Below are positions 28,160 to 36,721 of a DNA stretch of 49,432 bases, in pieces. Positions within the stretch are counted from its first letter, which is position 1. Each line of letters starts with the position of its first letter. Origin of the DNA: Gemmatimonadota bacterium (GTDB taxonomy: Bacteria; Gemmatimonadota; Gemmatimonadetes; Palauibacterales; Palauibacteraceae); assembly GCA_022360695.1 (NCBI GenBank), contig JAKSCH010000073.1, forward strand, positions 1 through 49,432, written 5' to 3'. The notes below the pieces were generated by a model, which saw nothing but the letters and a program-made list of their open reading frames with translations, was not told where the DNA came from and did no database searches. A program made the position numbers and the translations under genes.

Positions 28160-30102
28160 GACACCCGCGCTTCCGCGCTCTGGATCGCGATCTCGGCTTC
28201 GATGTCTCGCTGGGACTCGCCCAGGATCAGCATGCGATACCAGACCTCCGAGTTGAGCAGCAGCCAGAGGCGCTGCCCGTGGTCCGCTCGTCCGCCCATG
28301 TGCGCCCCGACGTGGGCGTCTATGGCGTCCTGTCGAATCAAGTCGTCCCGAGCGAGACGCGACTCCGCCAGAAACAGATGGTACAGAGTGGCGAATTCGT
28401 CCCGCATCATATACGGCAACGCCGAGGAGAACCCCTGCTTCGGACGGGTCACGACCGTTTCGGGCAGATGCCGCAGCGCGAGTCGTCGCTGTAGGTATCG
28501 TAGATCCCGCCCGCGGATCTTGAGATCCACCGGCAGGCGCGCGGCGAACTCCACCAACCGAACGTCCATGTAGGGGCTTCGCGCTTCGAGCCCGTGCGCC
28601 ATGGTCATCCGGTCCGTGATCATCACGGGATGGTCCGGCAGGCGGATCGCCGAGTCTGCGGACAGCATGCGGTCGATCGGGTGGAGGGCGGCGTCCGTCT
28701 CGAAGGGTCCGCGTACCGCTCCCTCGGCCTCGAATCCATCGATCGCGGCCCGCATCGCCTCGCCGTAGAGACCGACGCGAGCCCGTCGATTGAAATGAAA
28801 GTACGACAGCGTGTTCGCGTAGCGGTCGGCTCGGGTGAAGAACGACGCCTCGTGAAGCCACTTGATCTGGTGCGTTTTGCTCTTGTACCACCGTCCGTCG
28901 GGGAGAAGCCGGAGGGCCGGTCCGATCACGACGCGACGCAGCTCGTGAGGGATGCGTGCGTACGCGTCCGCGTACCGGTTCCCGTAGTAGCGGTCGTACC
29001 CCCCGAACAGCTCGTCGCCGCCGTCGCCACCGAGGACGACCTTCACGTGTCGGCTCGCGAGACGAGCGAGCTGGTACGTGGGAGCCGAGAGGGGGTCCGA
29101 CGGCTCGTCGAGCTGCCGAACCAGCGCCGGCAAGGCGAGCGACAGCGTCGGCTCGACCGTTCCCTCGTGGTGGTCGGTTTCGCACGCCTTCGCGACCTGT
29201 TTCGCGAACGGCGCCTCGTCGTACGACGCATGTGGCAACGCGAGGGTGAAGGTCGGTAACCTCCGGTGCCCGAGTCGTCGCGCGACCAGCGCGACGATCA
29301 GGCTCGAGTCGAGACCGCCGCTCAGAAAAGCGCCGACCGGCACGTCGCTGACCATGTGCGCGCCGCAAGCCTCGGTCAGCACCTCTTCGAGCTCATCCAG
29401 CAGGTCCTCCTCGGACCCTCCGTGCTTGGGCTCGTACGTGGGCGTCCAGTACCTGCGAACCTCGACTTCTTCGCCCGGTCGGTACGTCAACGTGTGCCCG
29501 GGGGGAAGCTTGCGGATACGCCGAAACATGCTGAGCGGCGGTGCGATGAATCTCAGCGCCAGGTACTGATCGAGCGCCCGATGGTCGAGCTCGGCCAGAC
29601 TCGGGTCCCAGGCCAGGAGTGCCTTGATCTCCGACGCGAACGCGAGACGACCACGATCGCAGTGGTAATAGAACGGCTTCTGACCCAGATGATCTCGTGC
29701 GGCGAACAGCGCGCGACGTTCGGTATCCCAGATGGCGAACGCGAACATCCCGCGGAGCGCCTCGACGCAACGCTCCCCCTCGAGGCCGTACAGATGCAGG
29801 ATGACTTCCGAGTCGGTGTTCGTCTCGAACCGGCAACCACGATCTTCGAGCCGTTTTCGCAGCTCGACGTAGTTGTAGATCTCCCCGTTGACGACCAAGC
29901 GGAGACGGCCGTCGCGACTCACGATCGGTTGTCGGCCTCGGGGGGAGAGATCGATGACGGAGAGCCGGACGTGCAGCAGCAGGCTGAGGTCGGTCGCGTC
30001 GATTCCGGCGTCGTCGGGCCCGCGGTGACGGAGCGCATCGAGCATGCGGGCGCCCACCGCGCGGTCGATCCCCGTCTCGATGATGCCTGCGATGCCGCAC
30101 AT
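28156..30102 (-). CDS. asnB: Asparagine synthase (glutamine-hydrolysing)-family amidotransferase
   Basis: I trimmed ORF 28156..30294 to the ATG at 30102 (cat at 30100-30102), preceded by GGGAGA. MCGIAGI provides the N-terminal Cys nucleophile, SGGLDSS is the PP-loop, and NGEIYNY is present. Confidence 0.9.
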   Translation of the reverse strand: MCGIAGIIETGIDRAVGARMLDALRHRGPDDAGIDATDLSLLLHVRLSVIDLSPRGRQPIVSRDGRLRLVVNGEIYNYVELRKRLEDRGCRFETNTDSEVILHLYGLEGERCVEALRGMFAFAIWDTERRALFAARDHLGQKPFYYHCDRGRLAFASEIKALLAWDPSLAELDHRALDQYLALRFIAPPLSMFRRIRKLPPGHTLTYRPGEEVEVRRYWTPTYEPKHGGSEEDLLDELEEVLTEACGAHMVSDVPVGAFLSGGLDSSLIVALVARRLGHRRLPTFTLALPHASYDEAPFAKQVAKACETDHHEGTVEPTLSLALPALVRQLDEPSDPLSAPTYQLARLASRHVKVVLGGDGGDELFGGYDRYYGNRYADAYARIPHELRRVVIGPALRLLPDGRWYKSKTHQIKWLHEASFFTRADRYANTLSYFHFNRRARVGLYGEAMRAAIDGFEAEGAVRGPFETDAALHPIDRMLSADSAIRLPDHPVMITDRMTMAHGLEARSPYMDVRLVEFAARLPVDLKIRGRDLRYLQRRLALRHLPETVVTRPKQGFSSALPYMMRDEFATLYHLFLAESRLARDDLIRQDAIDAHVGAHMGGRADHGQRLWLLLNSEVWYRMLILGESQRDIEAEIAIQSAEARVS

Positions 30103-30365
30103 GGTCTCCCGCCGACCCCCCTCCGGAACCCCCTCGAGAGGGGGGTGTTGCTGCGTCGCAAATAGCCCGCTCTCTTGCGCGGGGAGTGCAAACGGCGCGC
30201 CAGCCGCGGCCTGACGCACGCCCGAGATGTCGAGCGTTCCGCCGTTGACGAACCGCCCTCCGCTAAGCCGTTGAGCGGCACAGCCCTTGCCCAATCCCTC
30301 GGTTCTGTTCCGCCCCGACAGGGGTCGGCCACGCCCTCGGGCCGAAGAGAGACCTACGTCCGACG
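30103..30365. promoter_or_regulatory. Divergent intergenic region between the asnB operon and the LbH-ACP/FkbH operon
   Basis: 263 bp of non-coding sequence separate two divergently oriented start codons, so it should contain both promoters. I could not identify convincing -35/-10 elements. Confidence 0.3.
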
Positions 30366-31511
30366 ATGAGCCAGTCTAGACTGAAACGCCTCGATTCGTC
30401 CAACCTGGTGCGCGACAGGCTGTTCGCGGGCGACAGGGGCGCGTTCGGCCGTTATCGCGACCTCGTGGTGGGCGATGGCTCGCTCTGGAGCCTGGTGCGT
30501 TTCGAGCTCATCACCACGTTCGTCGTGCCGCTCCCGGGTGCCCTCGGCATCGCTCTCCGTCGAATCTTCTGCCCGGCGCTCTTCGGCAGCGTGGGGCGCA
30601 AGCCGATCTTCGGGCGCAACATCGTGATCCGGAACGGCGCCGGCATACGGCTCGGGGACAACGTCGTGATCGACGACGGGTGTCTCGTCGACGCTCGGGG
30701 GGCCGGACCCGAGGGGGTCGCGATCGGCGACGGCGTGATCCTCAACCGGGACGCCATCGTGATCGCGAAGAGCGGTTCGATACGGATCGGCTCCGGCACG
30801 GACATCGGTGCCCGAGCCCAGGTCACGTCACAGGGCGGCGTCGAGATCGGCGAGTCGGTCTCGGTGGCCGGAGGGTCGAAGATCGGCGGCGGCCTCCTCG
30901 AGCCGCGAGCCGACGGACCGTCGGACGACGGTGGGCAGCCGGCCGCGACGAACGGGAGCCGCGGGCCGAGCCTCTCCTCCGCGAAGGGGTACGATCGGTT
31001 CACGCGTGGACCGATCCGGATCGGCGACCGAACCACCCTGTTCCCCAACGTGCTGGTGCTCGATGGGGTCGAGATCGGCGAGCAGGCGTTGATCGGCGCC
31101 GGGTCGGTGGTCACGAACGACGTGCCGGCCGCCAGCACCTATGCTCCGAGGCAGCGGGGTATCGTTCTCTCGCACGGACAGACCGCCGCCGCTGCCGAAG
31201 AAGCCGCGCCGATCTCGGCCCGCCCCCCCGAGCGGCAGACCGACGGAGGCGCACTCGACATCGTGTACGACGCCGTCGCGGAGCTCAACGAAACGCTGTC
31301 GGCGGATCATCGGTTGGCCTTGTCGCCCGACACGCGGCTCGTCGGCGGTGATCTGGCGTCCATCGACCTCGTGAACTTCGTGGTCGCGGCGGAGGACCGG
31401 CTCGAGAAGCTCGGCGTGCGCGTGGATCTGGCGGCCGCGTCGACGCTCGACCCATCGCCGCTCCAGACCCTCGGCACCCTCGCCGCCTACGTGGACGAAC
31501 TGACCCCGTGA
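30366..31511 (+). CDS. Hexapeptide-repeat (left-handed beta-helix) acyltransferase fused to a C-terminal acyl-carrier-protein-like domain
   Basis: The N-terminal roughly 265 aa carry hexapeptide repeats (IGDNVVIDDGCLVDARG, IGDGVILNRDAIV, IGSGTDIGARAQV, IGEQALIGAGSVV). An Ala/Pro linker follows. The last roughly 85 aa (VGGDLASIDLVNFVVAAEDRLEKLG) have a carrier-protein-like pattern with the candidate Ser at 31359-31361. Confidence 0.75.
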   Translation: MSQSRLKRLDSSNLVRDRLFAGDRGAFGRYRDLVVGDGSLWSLVRFELITTFVVPLPGALGIALRRIFCPALFGSVGRKPIFGRNIVIRNGAGIRLGDNVVIDDGCLVDARGAGPEGVAIGDGVILNRDAIVIAKSGSIRIGSGTDIGARAQVTSQGGVEIGESVSVAGGSKIGGGLLEPRADGPSDDGGQPAATNGSRGPSLSSAKGYDRFTRGPIRIGDRTTLFPNVLVLDGVEIGEQALIGAGSVVTNDVPAASTYAPRQRGIVLSHGQTAAAAEEAAPISARPPERQTDGGALDIVYDAVAELNETLSADHRLALSPDTRLVGGDLASIDLVNFVVAAEDRLEKLGVRVDLAAASTLDPSPLQTLGTLAAYVDELTP

Positions 31512-33229
31512 TCATGACGTCCGCGCAGGTCGCTTCGGGAGTCCTCGTTTCGGACTTCAATACGCAGAATCTCGCGAGTTTTCTCACCAACTCGGACGAC
31601 GTTCCCGACATCGAGGTTCGCGAGGCGCCGTACGGCCAGGTGGAGCAGGTCCTCTACGATCCCGGCCACTCGATCTGGACGCCCCGACCCGACTTCACGG
31701 TCGTGTGGACGCAACCGGCCGCAGCCCTGCCGACGTTCCGCTCCGCCCTCGCCTTCGAGGCTTCCGGGCACGTCGATATCCGCGAGGACGTCGAGCGATT
31801 CGCGGCGGCGGTCGGCTCGATCCGGGATCGGGTCGACACCGTGATCGTCCCGACCTGGACCCTGCCGCCAAGTACCCGAGGGCTCGGACCGATCGACTAC
31901 ACGCACCCGATGGGTCTTCGGAGACTCCTGCTCGAAGCCAACCTCGCCCTCGTCGAGGCGCTGGCGGACAGGCCCGGCGTCATCCTGCTCGATGGTGACG
32001 GTTGGATCCGCGCGGGCGCGGAGGAAGCGATCAACGAGCGCCTCTGGTATCTGGCGAAAGTCCCGTTCGGCAACGCGGTGTTCCGTGAGGCGGCGCGTGA
32101 GATCCGGTCGACGTTGCGGGCGGCCGAGGGGGATGCCCGCAAGCTGTTGGTCCTGGATCTCGACAACACGTTGTGGGGGGGCGTCGTCGGGGACGATGGG
32201 TGGGAGTCGATCGTCCTCGGCGGTCACGATGCCGACGGCGAGGCATTCCAGGACTTTCAACGTGCCTTGAAGGGCCTCGCGAATCGCGGAATCGTCCTGG
32301 GGATCGCGAGCAAGAACCAGGAGCGCACCGCGCTCGAGGCGATCGAGCGCCACCCGGAGATGGTGCTGTCGCACGAGGATTTCGCGGCGTGGCGGATCAA
32401 CTGGGACGACAAGGCTCGAAATATCGCGGAGCTGACCGAAGAGCTGAACCTCGGCTTGGGGTCGGTCGTCTTCATCGACGACTCGCCCGCGGAGCGCGCC
32501 CGCGTACGCGAAGCGCTCCCGGAGGTGCTCGTTCCGGAGTGGCCGAGCTCGCCGGCGAAGTACGCGACCGCGCTGGCCGAGCTCACCTGCTTCGACTCGC
32601 TCGCGCTCACGGAGGAAGACCGGGCGCGTGGAGGGATGTATCGGGCGGAACGCGATCGGCGGGTCGCTCGCACGGAGGTCGATTCGATCGAGGAATGGCT
32701 CGCGACGCTCGAGACCGAGCTCACGATAGAGCGGCTGACGCCGACGGATCTCGCGCGCGCTGCGCAGCTGCTCAACAAGACGAACCAGATGAACATGGCC
32801 ACGCGCCGGATGGGTGAAACCGAGCTGGCCAGGTGGGCGGATGCCGACGAGAACGAATTCTGGACCGTTCGCGTGTCGGATCGGTTCGGCGCGCACGGGC
32901 TGACCGGTCTGATCGGACTGACGAGACACGAGTCCGAGCTGCACGTGGTCGATTTCGTCCTGAGCTGCCGTGTAATGGGTCGGAACGTCGAACGGTCGAT
33001 GTGGGCCTGGATCGTGGCGCGGGCGAAGGAAGCGGGACTGGAGCGCGTCTACGCCATCTATCGACGGACCGAGCGAAACCAGCCGTGCCTGGAGTTCCTG
33101 GAAGGTGCCGGACTGGTCAGGGGTGAGGATGAAGGGTCGTTCGGTTGGGACAGTGCGAACGAGTACGCGATCCCGACCGGGGTCTCGCTGGTCGAGACCG
33201 ACGCTACGGTCGCTGTACTTCCCCGATGA
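31508..33229 (+). CDS. FkbH-like HAD-superfamily IIIC protein with a C-terminal GNAT-like domain
   Basis: HAD motifs: LLVLDLDNTLWGG (DxDxT), GIASKNQ and VVFIDDSP. The C-terminus has VDFVLSCRVMGRNVE. The start is the GTG at 31508, overlapping the upstream stop, or the ATG at 31514. Confidence 0.8.
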   Translation: MIMTSAQVASGVLVSDFNTQNLASFLTNSDDVPDIEVREAPYGQVEQVLYDPGHSIWTPRPDFTVVWTQPAAALPTFRSALAFEASGHVDIREDVERFAAAVGSIRDRVDTVIVPTWTLPPSTRGLGPIDYTHPMGLRRLLLEANLALVEALADRPGVILLDGDGWIRAGAEEAINERLWYLAKVPFGNAVFREAAREIRSTLRAAEGDARKLLVLDLDNTLWGGVVGDDGWESIVLGGHDADGEAFQDFQRALKGLANRGIVLGIASKNQERTALEAIERHPEMVLSHEDFAAWRINWDDKARNIAELTEELNLGLGSVVFIDDSPAERARVREALPEVLVPEWPSSPAKYATALAELTCFDSLALTEEDRARGGMYRAERDRRVARTEVDSIEEWLATLETELTIERLTPTDLARAAQLLNKTNQMNMATRRMGETELARWADADENEFWTVRVSDRFGAHGLTGLIGLTRHESELHVVDFVLSCRVMGRNVERSMWAWIVARAKEAGLERVYAIYRRTERNQPCLEFLEGAGLVRGEDEGSFGWDSANEYAIPTGVSLVETDATVAVLPR

Positions 33230-33232
33230 CGC

Positions 33233-34222
33233 ATGCACGTAACGATCACGGGTGGCACGGGGTTCATCGGTACGCGACTCGCGGAGCGCTGCGTCGAACG
33301 TGGCGACACCGTGATCGCCCTGGGTCAGAAGAACACGTCGGCCGAGTCGGCCAACCTCGCGCGTCTCGAGGACGCCGGCGTCGATGTCCGCATGGGGTCG
33401 GTAACGGACTCCGCCGCGGTGGAGCGCGCGGTCGCCGGGAGCGACGTCGTTTTCCACCTCGCCGCCGCGATGCACGAGATGAACGTTCCCGACGGCCACT
33501 ACCACGAAGTCAACATCGAGGGGACGCGCAACGTGCTCGCGGTGAGCGCGCGGGCGGGCATACGCCGCGTGGTGCACGGTAGCACGATCGGTGTGTACGG
33601 CATCACGCACGGGCGGGTCGATGAGACGACCCCTTGCGTCCCCACGAACATCTACGGCCGAACCAAGCTGGAAGCCGAGCGGGTCGTGCTCGAAGCGGCG
33701 GAACGGGTGCCGCTCGTCGTCGTCCGCATCCCCGAGATCTATGGCCCCGGGGACCGGCGGCTGTTGAAGATGTTCCGCGGCCTCCGACGCGGTCGTTTTC
33801 CGATGGTCGGGAGGGGGCGCAACCTGCACCCGTTGTTGTTCGTGGACGACCTGATCGACGGGCTGTGGCAAGCCGCCGAATCGGACGCGGTGGTAGGCGA
33901 GGTGGTGCTGTTCGCCGGGCCGACCGCGATCACCACGACGGAGATGGTCCGCACGGTAGCGGAGTCGGTCGGCGTGAAGGGGCCGCGGTTTCGGCTGCCC
34001 ATGTGGCCCTTCCTGCTCGTCGGGACCGTGCTCGAGAAGACGCTGCGGCCGATGGGGATTCAACCACCGCTCCACACGCGGCGGCTCGACTTCTTCCGCA
34101 AAGGGTTCGAAGTTTCGGCGGACAAAGCGCGACGTCTGTTGGGGTTCGAGCCCCACGTATCGTTTCGGGATGGTGCGAAGGCCACGGCGGATTGGTACCG
34201 GAGTCAGGGCCTGCTCACGTGA
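33233..34222 (+). CDS. Extended SDR, NAD-dependent epimerase/dehydratase family
   Basis: VTITGGTGFIGTRL is the glycine-rich NAD site, and NIYGRTKLEAE is the YxxxK motif. The gene starts 3 nt after the FkbH-like stop. Confidence 0.85.
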   Translation: MHVTITGGTGFIGTRLAERCVERGDTVIALGQKNTSAESANLARLEDAGVDVRMGSVTDSAAVERAVAGSDVVFHLAAAMHEMNVPDGHYHEVNIEGTRNVLAVSARAGIRRVVHGSTIGVYGITHGRVDETTPCVPTNIYGRTKLEAERVVLEAAERVPLVVVRIPEIYGPGDRRLLKMFRGLRRGRFPMVGRGRNLHPLLFVDDLIDGLWQAAESDAVVGEVVLFAGPTAITTTEMVRTVAESVGVKGPRFRLPMWPFLLVGTVLEKTLRPMGIQPPLHTRRLDFFRKGFEVSADKARRLLGFEPHVSFRDGAKATADWYRSQGLLT

Positions 34223-34986
34223 TGAAAGACCAGAGTCGCAGCTCGCGGCTCTCGGGGGAGGTGGAGGTGGCGCTTACGGCTCGCATGGAGCCCTTCGACT
34301 CGTTCTGGGAGGCTCCCGAGGACATCGAAGCGGGGTACGATCGTTTCGCGCGTTTCTATACGCACAACTATCTGCCTCACGTTCCAGACCGCCGAGATGC
34401 ACGGATTCTGGTCATCTCCTGCGGTCCGGGGTATTTCGTGAAACTGCTCATCGACCGCGGGTACACCGCGGTCTCCGGGATCGATTCGTTCCCGGAGAAG
34501 ATCGAGCACGCCGTCCGGAAGGGTCTGCCGTGCGAGACCGCCGAGGCGTTTCCGTTCCTCGAGACTTCGGCGGAGCGGTTCGATCTCATCATCTGCGAGC
34601 AAGAGCTCAACCATCTGACGAAGCAGGAGATCCTCGACTTCTTCGCGCTCTGTCGGAAGCGACTCGCACCCGGCGGGAGGATCATCCTCCACGCGATCAA
34701 CGGCGCCACGCCGCTGACCGGCTCGGAGTCGCGGCACGGCAACTTCGATCACTACTGCAGCTTCACCGAGTACAGTCTCGCGCAGGTGCTCGAGTACGGC
34801 GGGTTCGAGAACGTCGAGATCTACGGGCTCAACCTCTATGTCTTCTGGACGAACCCGCTCAACTACGTCGCGCTGGCGATCGATCGGCTGTGGACGTGGT
34901 TCTTTCGGCTCAACTTCCGACTCGTAGGCAAGGACGCCCGGATCTTTTCGAAGAAGATCGGAGCCGTCGGGACGAAACCGGCCTGA
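34222..34986 (+). CDS. Class I SAM-dependent methyltransferase
   Basis: The ATG at 34222 overlaps the SDR stop (TGATG). Motif I is ILVISCGPGYFVKLLIDRG, followed by SGIDSF and LAPGGRIILH. Confidence 0.8.
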   Translation: MKDQSRSSRLSGEVEVALTARMEPFDSFWEAPEDIEAGYDRFARFYTHNYLPHVPDRRDARILVISCGPGYFVKLLIDRGYTAVSGIDSFPEKIEHAVRKGLPCETAEAFPFLETSAERFDLIICEQELNHLTKQEILDFFALCRKRLAPGGRIILHAINGATPLTGSESRHGNFDHYCSFTEYSLAQVLEYGGFENVEIYGLNLYVFWTNPLNYVALAIDRLWTWFFRLNFRLVGKDARIFSKKIGAVGTKPA

Positions 34987-34999
34987 GCGAGCGGAAGCG

Positions 35000-36721
35000 A
35001 TGAAGCGGGACTTGTCGGCGCTCGCGAACGAGCGCGTCCAGATCCTCGTGGTCGGCGGCGGCGTGTACGGCGCCGCGTTCGCCCGAGACGCCGCGGCGCG
35101 CGGTTTGTCGGTCGCGCTGGTCGAGAAGGATGACTTTCTCGGCGCCGCCTCGGGGAATTCGTTCCGAATGGTGCACGGCGGGATCCGCTACGTGCAGCAC
35201 GGCGACGTCGCGCGCGTTCGGGCGTCTTCTCGCGAGCGAACGGTCCTCCTGGGCACCGCCCCGCACCTCGTCCGCCCGCTCCCGATCGCCATCCCCACGT
35301 ACGGCCGCGGGATGCAGGGGCGCGCGGTGCTTCGGACGGGCATCGCGATCTACGATCTCCTCACGGCGGACAAGAACCGTCGGGTTCGCGATCCCGACCG
35401 CCGTACGCCCTGGGGACGCTCGATGGGTCGCGACGAGCTCCTGGGGCTCTTCCCGGGGATCGAGCGCCGGGGGCTGACGGGCGCGGGCCTCTTCTCCGAC
35501 GCCCAGATGCTCCACCCGCAGCGGCTCGGGCTCGCGATGCTCCGGTCCGCGGTCGACGACGGCGCGCGCGTGGCGAATCACGTCGAGGTCACTCGGCTCG
35601 TCCAACGCGGCGAACGCGTCGAGGGGGTCGAGGTCCGGGACGCGCTCACGGGTGAGGGGTTTCGAGTCGAGGCGGACGTCGTCGTGCTGGCGGCCGGTGC
35701 GTGGTCCGAGCGGTTGGTGGCCGCGCACACCGGCGACGACCGGGCCCGTCGATCGACGTTCTCGCGCGACCTGTGTCTGGTCATCGACCGACCCGCGGAC
35801 CCCGACATCGGCGTCGCCGTGCTCGGTCGGACATCCGACCCCGACGCGATCCTCAGCCGTTCGAAGCGTCACCTGTTCGTCGTGCCGTGGCGTGACAAGA
35901 CGATCGTCGGGGTGTGGCACATCCCGTACGAACGCTCGCCCGACGACATCCGGGTCGGCGAAGAGGAGCTGCGGTCCTTCGTGGACGAGCTGAACGCCGG
36001 CTACCCCGGCTTCGGGCTGACGCGGGATGAGCTGACGCACTACAACACCGGTCTCGTGCTGTTCGGCGAGAACCGGGTGGGCGCGGAGGATCTACGCTAC
36101 GGTCATCGCTCGCTGCTGATCGACCACGCGACCGAACATGGGATCGAAGACCTGTACAGCTTGATCGGGGTTCGGTACACGACCGCCAGGGTGGACTCGC
36201 AACGGCTGCTCGACCGGATCATCGCGAAGCGCGGTTGGACGGCGGACTCGGGGCGGACCGCGCACACCCCCGTCCGCGGAGGCGACTTCGAGACGTTCGC
36301 GGGTCTGGTCGCCGACACGCGACGCGAGTGGCCGGGACGATCGGGCGCGGACATCGAGCGGGTCTGCCGACTCTACGGGACGGACGCGAGCGACGTGCTC
36401 GGAACCGACGCCGAGGTCGGAGTCCCGGCGTCGGATGACGCGAACGCCGACCTGCTCGCGAAACAGGTTCGGTACTCGATTCGCGAAGAGATGGCGGTGC
36501 GTCTCCAGGATATCGTGGTCGGGCGGACGGATCTCGGGCTGTTCGGCGCTCCCCCGAGACGGGAGCTCGAGCGATGCGTTACGATCATGGCGCGAGAGCT
36601 GGGGTGGGATCCGGCCCGCTGCGCCGCCGAGCTCCGACGCGTCGAGGAGATGTATCCGCTTTCGGAGCCCGTGAGCGCGAGCTCCCGAACCGACTCGTTA
36701 CGAGAGGGTGCCCTTCGTTGA
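35000..36721 (+). CDS. FAD-dependent oxidoreductase, glycerol-3-phosphate dehydrogenase (GlpD)-like
   Basis: VQILVVGGGVYGAAFARDAAARGLSVALVEKDDFLGAASGNSFRMVHGGIRY matches the GlpD-type N-terminus. The length (573 aa) is consistent with a DAO domain plus the GlpD C-terminal domain. Confidence 0.8.
   Translation: MKRDLSALANERVQILVVGGGVYGAAFARDAAARGLSVALVEKDDFLGAASGNSFRMVHGGIRYVQHGDVARVRASSRERTVLLGTAPHLVRPLPIAIPTYGRGMQGRAVLRTGIAIYDLLTADKNRRVRDPDRRTPWGRSMGRDELLGLFPGIERRGLTGAGLFSDAQMLHPQRLGLAMLRSAVDDGARVANHVEVTRLVQRGERVEGVEVRDALTGEGFRVEADVVVLAAGAWSERLVAAHTGDDRARRSTFSRDLCLVIDRPADPDIGVAVLGRTSDPDAILSRSKRHLFVVPWRDKTIVGVWHIPYERSPDDIRVGEEELRSFVDELNAGYPGFGLTRDELTHYNTGLVLFGENRVGAEDLRYGHRSLLIDHATEHGIEDLYSLIGVRYTTARVDSQRLLDRIIAKRGWTADSGRTAHTPVRGGDFETFAGLVADTRREWPGRSGADIERVCRLYGTDASDVLGTDAEVGVPASDDANADLLAKQVRYSIREEMAVRLQDIVVGRTDLGLFGAPPRRELERCVTIMARELGWDPARCAAELRRVEEMYPLSEPVSASSRTDSLREGALR

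Noticed and set aside
30148-30191. Two TTGC-N-GCAA inverted motifs (30148-30161 and 30175-30191), a repeated gccgttga at about 30240 and 30268, and a ccccc-tcgaga-ggggg hairpin at about 30130-30146, all in the divergent promoter region.
   Set aside because: The arms are only 4-6 bp and the spacing differs, so they cannot be told apart from chance without comparative data. The TTGAC has no matching -10 element at a standard distance. I mention them only as places to look if orthologous intergenic regions become available.
31487-34156. 889-aa minus-strand ORF, plus similar long ORFs at 2501..4879(+), 5520..7103(+), 11101..12096(+), 15716..18046(+), 18326..19624(-), 20704..22248(+), 25034..26080(+), 25915..27027(+), 34910..36040(-), 36847..37806(-), 38612..39811(+), 39965..42019(-) and 46958..47779(-).
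   Set aside because: All are antisense or out of frame relative to genes with clear family motifs. Their translations are Arg/Pro/Gly/Asp-rich low-complexity strings with no motifs. Such stop-free shadow frames are expected in very GC-rich coding DNA.
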